Shown here piece by piece: positions 57,956 through 64,000 of a DNA stretch of 64,000 bases; the stretch's first letter is position 1; every line of letters begins with the position of its first letter. This stretch comes from a virus (lineage: Duplodnaviria; Caudoviricetes). Made by a program: the position numbers and the translations under genes. The notes under the pieces are model-generated. The model was not told the DNA's origin and did no database searches. It saw nothing but the letters and a program-made list of their open reading frames with translations. The DNA lies in IMG/VR virus record IMGVR_UViG_3300046779_001841, positions 128,001 to 192,000 of that record; one strand, 5' to 3'.

Positions 57956-58629
57956 ATTGGTTAAACGATTTTATTCCTATACTACCTTTGAGTATAGAAC
58001 ACCAACTTTATTTAAAGAAAAGAGGTGTAGATGATAACTCGAATGTTATGTTTAAAACTTTTGATATTGTTAATTTTAATATTCCTTGTGATAGGTTCAA
58101 ATCCAATTTTGGCAAATCTGGAGAAAAATTAAAAGATTGTCTGATTATTCCAGCTACTTGTCCTCGTGGTGATATTTATGGTTTTGAAGCTAGATCTTGG
58201 GATGCTAATGGCAATAAAAGAGTTTTCAAATATATGCTTGATCGCAGTCAATGGTTACCATCATTATTAAATGCACATGAAGTTGCAGAAGCATTATGGT
58301 CTAATGGTGATGTTTATTTTGTTGAAGGTGTTTTTGATATGGTTGCACTTAAAAAAGTCATTACATATCCAAATGCAGTAGGTTGCACTATGAGAGCAGG
58401 TGTAGATGATTTAACAATTAATCTTATCCAAAGATTTGCAAACAAGATCAGTACAATTTACATGGCTTATGATAATGATGCGACTGGAAAAATGAAATCC
58501 AATGAAGCTATTTTCAAGTTTAAGAAATTAGGTATTCGTGCAGTCGAATCTAAATATCGTGGTAAAGATCCTAATGATTTATGGACACAACAAGGTGAAG
58601 CGGGTCTTAAAAAATATTTTTTATTTTAG
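57952..58629 (+). CDS. DnaG-like primase catalytic (Toprim) domain
   Basis: YLKKRG, LIIP...G.IYGF.AR, YFVEGVFD..AL, AYDNDATG, KDPND; no N-terminal zinc-binding domain. Confidence 0.9.
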   Translation: MNWLNDFIPILPLSIEHQLYLKKRGVDDNSNVMFKTFDIVNFNIPCDRFKSNFGKSGEKLKDCLIIPATCPRGDIYGFEARSWDANGNKRVFKYMLDRSQWLPSLLNAHEVAEALWSNGDVYFVEGVFDMVALKKVITYPNAVGCTMRAGVDDLTINLIQRFANKISTIYMAYDNDATGKMKSNEAIFKFKKLGIRAVESKYRGKDPNDLWTQQGEAGLKKYFLF

Positions 58630-58696
58630 CGAAAAAATTTGTTCAGATAATATAAGCATATATGAGATCCACACACACTTTTTAAAAGGAAAAACT

Positions 58697-59746
58697 ATGG
58701 AAATTCATTTTCATGTTAAACCAAACAGACAACATCTCAGATCATTGATCAATTTGTCTAAAAAGAATAAAACAACAAGAGCAATCAAATTTGAATGTTT
58801 TGATAACACCATTAAAGCCACTGCTACAAATAATGATTTCATGTTATCATGCTTACTAGAAGGTTCTATTTATGAAGATGGTGAAGTCTTTTTACCTACC
58901 GAATCTTTAGATAAAGTGATGAAATCATCTACAATTATCTTAAGAGATACTTCTATTACACATGGTGAAGAACCTGAAGGTCTTTTTTCTCAAGGTGATA
59001 CTGAAACACTTAATTTCACTGAAACACCATTTATCCTAGATGATGATACTTTTGAAACATTTTCTGGTAAAAAGATTACACAAGCACAAGCTATTGAACT
59101 TGGATATGCACTTAAAAATGCAGTAAGGTTCTTATCTAAAGAAGAAGGCAAAAACAAAACCACTGGTGTTTATTATGATCATTTAAATCGTAATGTTGTT
59201 TCTACAGATGGGACTAAACTCTTTACTCAAAAAATCTCATTTGATTTTTTAAATGCTAAAGCACTTATACCTGCAGATGCTATTCCTATTCTTGTTGATA
59301 ATCTTATCAATGCGAATGCGAATGTTAAAGACAATCATTTGAATATTCAAAATGCTACTACAAGATATTCAATTTTATTGATCAATGATGTATTTCCTAA
59401 TTATCAAGTGATTATGCCAAAAGATACTGATTTGGAAAAAATCAATATCTCTGCAAGAGGTAAACAAGCATTGTATGAAAGTGAAAAAGTCATTGATACA
59501 CCTATTATGAAAATAGATGTAGATGAAAGATCAACACTAAGATTGACCAATACAGAAAGTCAGTATGTTTGGCAAGAAAATGAATTTCAAGGTAAAGAAC
59601 GATCTGTTACTTTTAATATTAACAATCTCACTCAAGTTCTTGCATTGACTGAAAACATTTATTGCAATCCTAAAAATTTCTCATCCGCACCATTCTTATT
59701 TACCAAAGATAGTGTTAAAATTTTATTGATGCCTACTAAGGTTTAA
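58697..59746 (+). CDS. DNA polymerase III beta sliding-clamp-like protein
   Basis: Start reassigned to ATG 58697 (AAAGGA SD), 349 aa; VVSTDGTKL, ALIP, DVFPNYQVIMP, VTFN...L, C-terminal LLMP. Confidence 0.8.
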   Translation: MEIHFHVKPNRQHLRSLINLSKKNKTTRAIKFECFDNTIKATATNNDFMLSCLLEGSIYEDGEVFLPTESLDKVMKSSTIILRDTSITHGEEPEGLFSQGDTETLNFTETPFILDDDTFETFSGKKITQAQAIELGYALKNAVRFLSKEEGKNKTTGVYYDHLNRNVVSTDGTKLFTQKISFDFLNAKALIPADAIPILVDNLINANANVKDNHLNIQNATTRYSILLINDVFPNYQVIMPKDTDLEKINISARGKQALYESEKVIDTPIMKIDVDERSTLRLTNTESQYVWQENEFQGKERSVTFNINNLTQVLALTENIYCNPKNFSSAPFLFTKDSVKILLMPTKV

Positions 59747-62700
59747 GATCACCTTTTAATTCTTTAATTTCTTTTTTAAGATTTAATACTTTTTCTTGTT
59801 CATTTACATTTAATGAGATTGCAGTAAGAATATCGCTATCTTGTTCTGCAATACCATACATCATTTGTTCATAAGTCTTATATTGTTTTTCTGATGCTTT
59901 TTTCTTTCTGGCAACTCTAGTAATAAGATTTACTTTCGTTTTCTTCCTATCAAAAACAACAGGCACTTTAAGATTAAATTTAGCTTCAAATTCAGCAATC
60001 ATAGCAAGAGCAGATTCTAAGACAAGTTTTAAATCTTTTGATGTTTTTACTTTAAGTGAACGACTCTTAAAAGCATTTTTTAGATTTTCTTCATAGGTTT
60101 TTAAGATCATTTGTTTTTCTTCTATGGTAGTATGATCTAAAATCTCTTCTCTAAAGAAATCCAACCAACAATTAAGACTATCCACATCAAAAGGTTCAAC
60201 AGGTGAAGATAGATATTCTTCTAATGTTTCATATCCTGCTTCTGCAACCTTAAACTTAACATATTGATTCAATTTCTTAAATGATTTACTTTTGTCATCC
60301 AGATTTAAAGTGTAATCCTGACCTGTACCTACTAATTTCCACCACTCTTCTCCTGCTTTGATAGTTTTACCATTCTCATCTTTAAATGTTATTTCATATA
60401 AACTTAAAATATCATCTATTTTAAAACCACCTTCTATCTTTTTTTGGATATAATATGCACAACGAGCATAACTCATAAGATACCAACTAGAACCGCTTGT
60501 TAAGAAAAATCTTTGATCTTGTTCAAAGACTTTATCTTGAATTGCTTGTTGAATAGTTATTTTATCCACTGGCAAAATAAAAGCATTAAACATTTCTTCT
60601 TGTTTTTCATATTCTATAAGTTTTTCTTCATATTCTCTTTTTCTAATCTGAAATTGTTTTTCTTCTTTCTCATAAGCATCTAGTTTTTGATAATATTCAT
60701 CTAAGGCTTGTGAAAATAATTCTTCTTTAGAATCTTCATCTGTAAAAATACCATTAGAAATATCATTGAGTTTCTGCATTGCTTGATGATGACCTTTCAT
60801 AGCCCATTTAACAATTAGATCATTCCATATATCTAAATTATGATCTTCCAATTTTAAAATTTCACTATTCTTCTCATAAATATATTCAGTTGTTTTATCA
60901 TCAAGAAATCTACCATTTCCCAATTCAATACTTTCAGGTTTCAATAAATTCTTTTCATGGTATGGAAAAACATTATTATGTCTTTCCATGAAATGAAGCA
61001 CCAAACGATTCTTCATAGCATATGCAAATTCTTCATCTAGCTCTCTTGGCTTGAAATAACAATATTTATCTATTTGGTCTTTCCAGTATTGTGGTGTATT
61101 TCCAAAATTTGCAATCAAATCTGTAGTACAGTCATTATAAAATGAAGTAAGATATTTTAGCTTGAAATCAAAATTTTCTAGTACAGGTGGATTGCCAGGG
61201 TGCATTAACTTTAAAGGTTGTAAAACAGGTTGTGGAATAGCTTGAGATGGAAGTGCATCTTTGAAATAAGATTTCCTAGCTTTTATATAATGATTAGCAT
61301 ATTCTTTCAATGCAAATTCATTTAATTGATAACCAATAGGTGCATTATATCCGAATTTTGGCCACACATAATATCCAATAAAAGCAGATGGTTTACCTAT
61401 TCCTGTTTCTGGATCAATTTGAGTAAAATCACCTGCACCATGAGTATATAAGTCAGTGGCACCTTCTTTTTTCATTGCAATAAGTTGAGTGAATAAAGCA
61501 CGATTACCTAGACTATTTGGCGCACATGAAGAAGTCTTAAATAATTTGTTTTCCACTACCATTGCATCCCAATCATCTATATGTCTACTAAGACCATCCA
61601 ACCAGTCACTCTTACTACCAGAACCAGTAAGTTTATTAAAATAAAGATCTAGCATATTACTGGTAACATTTACACTTTGATCAATATCTCCAACATTGAT
61701 ATGTTCAGATGCGACATTTAAGATACCACTAAAACCAGTTAAATCTAACATCTTTTTTAGTTCTTCTTGTCTTCCAGGTTCAAAATTTAATATTTTCTTA
61801 GCTACTGGATGATTAAAACGATTTGGATCTAATGTTGTGTTTGTTAATGGTCTTTCTCTTTTACTTTTTTGAACAGATTCTATCACTGACAATTCTTTTT
61901 TTGTAGGCATTAATGCTCTTTTGAATTTGGATATAGATGTAGAATCGCTTACATTTACTTGTTCGCTAAATTGCACTGGAACATTACCCACAATAATCTT
62001 ATCTACCACTTCATTATAAAATTTTGGTGTGATTGCGATCTCAATATCATCTCCTTCTGTTGCACCTTCTTCTGCATAAACAGAATTGATAAAACGCTCT
62101 TGTTCAAAATCACCACTTAATTTTCTTCTCATCACAATATTATTGTCCCAACCACCTTCATCTAAATGTATCAAGACTTTAAATTTGTTTAATTTAAAAT
62201 CGGTATAAGATGAATTACAAACCATTGTTGCGACTTGATAATTGTCTATAATAAATTCTTTGATTGTCTTATTTGCCCAAGTCATTGATTTTGGATTTGC
62301 AGTCCTTAAAACAAAATTCTGTAAATTTGTTTCTCTTGTCACTTTACCTTTTTTCAATGGCATACCATTTTGATAAAACTGAATATAGTTTGTTAAACAT
62401 AAGACATGGATCTTACCTTTAATCTTATGTGATAAAGATATAACTGTTTCTTTTGCTAAATCATCATCTTGTGTGTAATAAACCACTCTTTTAGAATCAT
62501 TGATAAATTGAATACCTTGTTCGACTGCAGAAATCACTTTACTATTATCTTGTTCAAATTTTTGATCTGGCTTACCTTTCATTCTCAAGTATTTTGCCAT
62601 CGCTTTATTTGGATTAATATTAAACTGGTTCAAGAGATCGATCTTTTCACTTAGTTCATATTTTGCTTTTTCTTTTTCACTTCTGATCGCATCAGTGTCT

Positions 62701-63986
62701 TCTAATTCTAAATATGCTTCTTGCATATCTGTAATTTGTTTATGAACTGATTTTGCAATTTCTCTATATGCTTTAGTAATATCTTTAGACATTGTTGCGA
62801 AGATATAAACATTATTTGTATATGGATAGATTTGACCATCTCTTATCACTATTTGAGTAATGGTGTCTTTTGTAGTTTCAATATCGTTCATTAAATGAAG
62901 ATTGTCTTTTAACCAAACACTAAAAGCCTTACTAAATTCGGGTTTAATACCAACAAACTTACCACCTATATTTATCGCATACCTGTTTAGAAATTCACTT
63001 TCTTTCTCTACATCCAATTTCTGATTATTAGCTAACAATGAAAGTCGATATACTTGTTTAGGTGAACTTTCTAAATTTTTCTTGAGAGTTAAGAAAATCT
63101 TTCTTGGATGTTCTAAAGTTTCAATTTCTTTTCCAATATGGTCAATCAAGATCGCATAATATTCTTTTTTGAAATCAAATTTGTCTTTTAGCATTTGCTT
63201 AAATTTAGTATAACCAATTTCTGTGGTTGCACTTGCGACTACATCTGCATCTTTTAGATTTGCATACATAGATGCTTTAAAATCGCCTACATTTCTATCG
63301 CTTGTGATGATTAAAATTTTGGCACTGGCTTTCTTCTTTAAACTTAATTTAATTGCACCTAGACCAACTAACATCTTATCATAATTATCAGATACACCAC
63401 ATAGACCTTTTAAATCATTCCCATCTAACCATGATAATGCTAGACTTTGTTCTGGTGTTAAATCTGTATAAAAACCACCTAAAGCTATTGCAGAGTATTT
63501 CTTTAAATTTTCTTCATTTTCGGAATGTTCAAGTTCTTCAAATCTTGTGAAATATTTTTGTAATTCTTCATGTGCTTTTTTAGATAACAAACATGAACCT
63601 AAACAATCTTTAATAGTGGCATAGTCATTTGCTTGGAATAAGTAATTGCCATTTTCATTAGTCTTTAATTTTAATCTTTTTAAAGACGATCTTTCATTTG
63701 TTGCATTGACTGGCAAACCTAAAACAAATTTACCATTATTCCAAGTGATATATGGTTCTGCAAGAACATCGGTATTAATAATAAGACTACCATCACTTTG
63801 TTTTAATGTTTCAAAAGTTGAAATCATTTGACCTGTTTTACTCGCTGAGTAGCTTTTACCTTCACCTAAGAATTTACCCATAACATTAACCAAAGGATCT
63901 AGCTGAAAACCTTTAAATTTACCACTAGACACGATATAAATTTTATCTTGTTCAGGTCTTTCAACAGTAACCACTTTTACCATCAT
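59736..63986 (-). CDS. Large protein with degenerate SF2/SNF2-like helicase region and GNAT-like domain (5' end may lie outside window)
   Basis: LTPEQSLALSWL.......GLC.VSD.YDK (decayed motif I), AILIDH (motif II), VLIHLDEGGW; later LFTQL...K.EG...GYYVWPKFGY. The frame stays open upstream of 63986. Confidence 0.6.
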   Translation of the reverse strand: MMVKVVTVERPEQDKIYIVSSGKFKGFQLDPLVNVMGKFLGEGKSYSASKTGQMISTFETLKQSDGSLIINTDVLAEPYITWNNGKFVLGLPVNATNERSSLKRLKLKTNENGNYLFQANDYATIKDCLGSCLLSKKAHEELQKYFTRFEELEHSENEENLKKYSAIALGGFYTDLTPEQSLALSWLDGNDLKGLCGVSDNYDKMLVGLGAIKLSLKKKASAKILIITSDRNVGDFKASMYANLKDADVVASATTEIGYTKFKQMLKDKFDFKKEYYAILIDHIGKEIETLEHPRKIFLTLKKNLESSPKQVYRLSLLANNQKLDVEKESEFLNRYAINIGGKFVGIKPEFSKAFSVWLKDNLHLMNDIETTKDTITQIVIRDGQIYPYTNNVYIFATMSKDITKAYREIAKSVHKQITDMQEAYLELEDTDAIRSEKEKAKYELSEKIDLLNQFNINPNKAMAKYLRMKGKPDQKFEQDNSKVISAVEQGIQFINDSKRVVYYTQDDDLAKETVISLSHKIKGKIHVLCLTNYIQFYQNGMPLKKGKVTRETNLQNFVLRTANPKSMTWANKTIKEFIIDNYQVATMVCNSSYTDFKLNKFKVLIHLDEGGWDNNIVMRRKLSGDFEQERFINSVYAEEGATEGDDIEIAITPKFYNEVVDKIIVGNVPVQFSEQVNVSDSTSISKFKRALMPTKKELSVIESVQKSKRERPLTNTTLDPNRFNHPVAKKILNFEPGRQEELKKMLDLTGFSGILNVASEHINVGDIDQSVNVTSNMLDLYFNKLTGSGSKSDWLDGLSRHIDDWDAMVVENKLFKTSSCAPNSLGNRALFTQLIAMKKEGATDLYTHGAGDFTQIDPETGIGKPSAFIGYYVWPKFGYNAPIGYQLNEFALKEYANHYIKARKSYFKDALPSQAIPQPVLQPLKLMHPGNPPVLENFDFKLKYLTSFYNDCTTDLIANFGNTPQYWKDQIDKYCYFKPRELDEEFAYAMKNRLVLHFMERHNNVFPYHEKNLLKPESIELGNGRFLDDKTTEYIYEKNSEILKLEDHNLDIWNDLIVKWAMKGHHQAMQKLNDISNGIFTDEDSKEELFSQALDEYYQKLDAYEKEEKQFQIRKREYEEKLIEYEKQEEMFNAFILPVDKITIQQAIQDKVFEQDQRFFLTSGSSWYLMSYARCAYYIQKKIEGGFKIDDILSLYEITFKDENGKTIKAGEEWWKLVGTGQDYTLNLDDKSKSFKKLNQYVKFKVAEAGYETLEEYLSSPVEPFDVDSLNCWLDFFREEILDHTTIEEKQMILKTYEENLKNAFKSRSLKVKTSKDLKLVLESALAMIAEFEAKFNLKVPVVFDRKKTKVNLITRVARKKKASEKQYKTYEQMMYGIAEQDSDILTAISLNVNEQEKVLNLKKEIKELKGDLKP

Positions 63987-64000
63987 TGTTAATTTATATG

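Noticed and set aside
732-63831. Numerous 60-125 aa track ORFs antisense to, or out of frame within, long genes (e.g. 1733, 4288, 14554, 30432, 37069, 49381, 62469)
   Set aside because: They are shadow ORFs of the real genes, with atypical L/I/F-rich composition and no SD.
1-64000. Stop-codon reassignment, as seen in some large AT-rich phages
   Set aside because: Code 11 gives long uninterrupted ORFs (up to 1741 aa) and near-complete coding density; TAA, TAG and TGA are all used as stops.
1-64000. tRNA, rRNA, integrase, transposase or homing endonuclease genes
   Set aside because: Intergenic gaps are short and AT-rich with no cloverleaf T-loop/D-loop signatures seen, and no recombinase or nuclease motifs were recognised; tRNAscan-SE would confirm.

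Overview
A 64-kb slice of a large, AT-rich (roughly 30% GC by eye) myovirus-type phage genome read with the standard genetic code. It holds: a contractile-tail/baseplate module (an exceptionally long 1741-aa tail sheath, neck/head-completion protein, gp25-like, baseplate-J-like, wedge and fibre genes); a bacterial-style replication kit (family A DNA polymerase, NAD-dependent ligase, Toprim primase lacking a zinc-binding domain, beta-clamp-like protein, C5 cytosine methyltransferase); and islands of small hypothetical genes. Two regulatory/architectural systems stand out. (1) A fixed-spacing element, TTGCAAAGRYWGC-N8-AAGTGTTAT, occurs nine times, each copy heading a gene or small operon, and seven copies carry a covarying stem-loop followed by an A-rich SD leader. 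This resembles PeSL-type promoter cassettes of T4-type phages. (2) A cluster of six small genes (21.8-25.0 kb) shares a second upstream motif (ATAGTTTAT) and basic N-terminal leaders (RLASLRK repeats or QKxASLEARIxRLE, most ending in KxA) fused to divergent cargo; these are candidate capsid-targeted, protease-matured internal proteins. Other oddities: an SspB-like ClpXP adaptor without an obvious ClpX-binding tail, a pseudo-helicase/GNAT-like 1416-aa protein, a gap-free hypervariable pair of 73-aa paralogs, and a zinc-ribbon insertion in the polymerase. All family assignments come from motif recognition by eye; no database searches were run.
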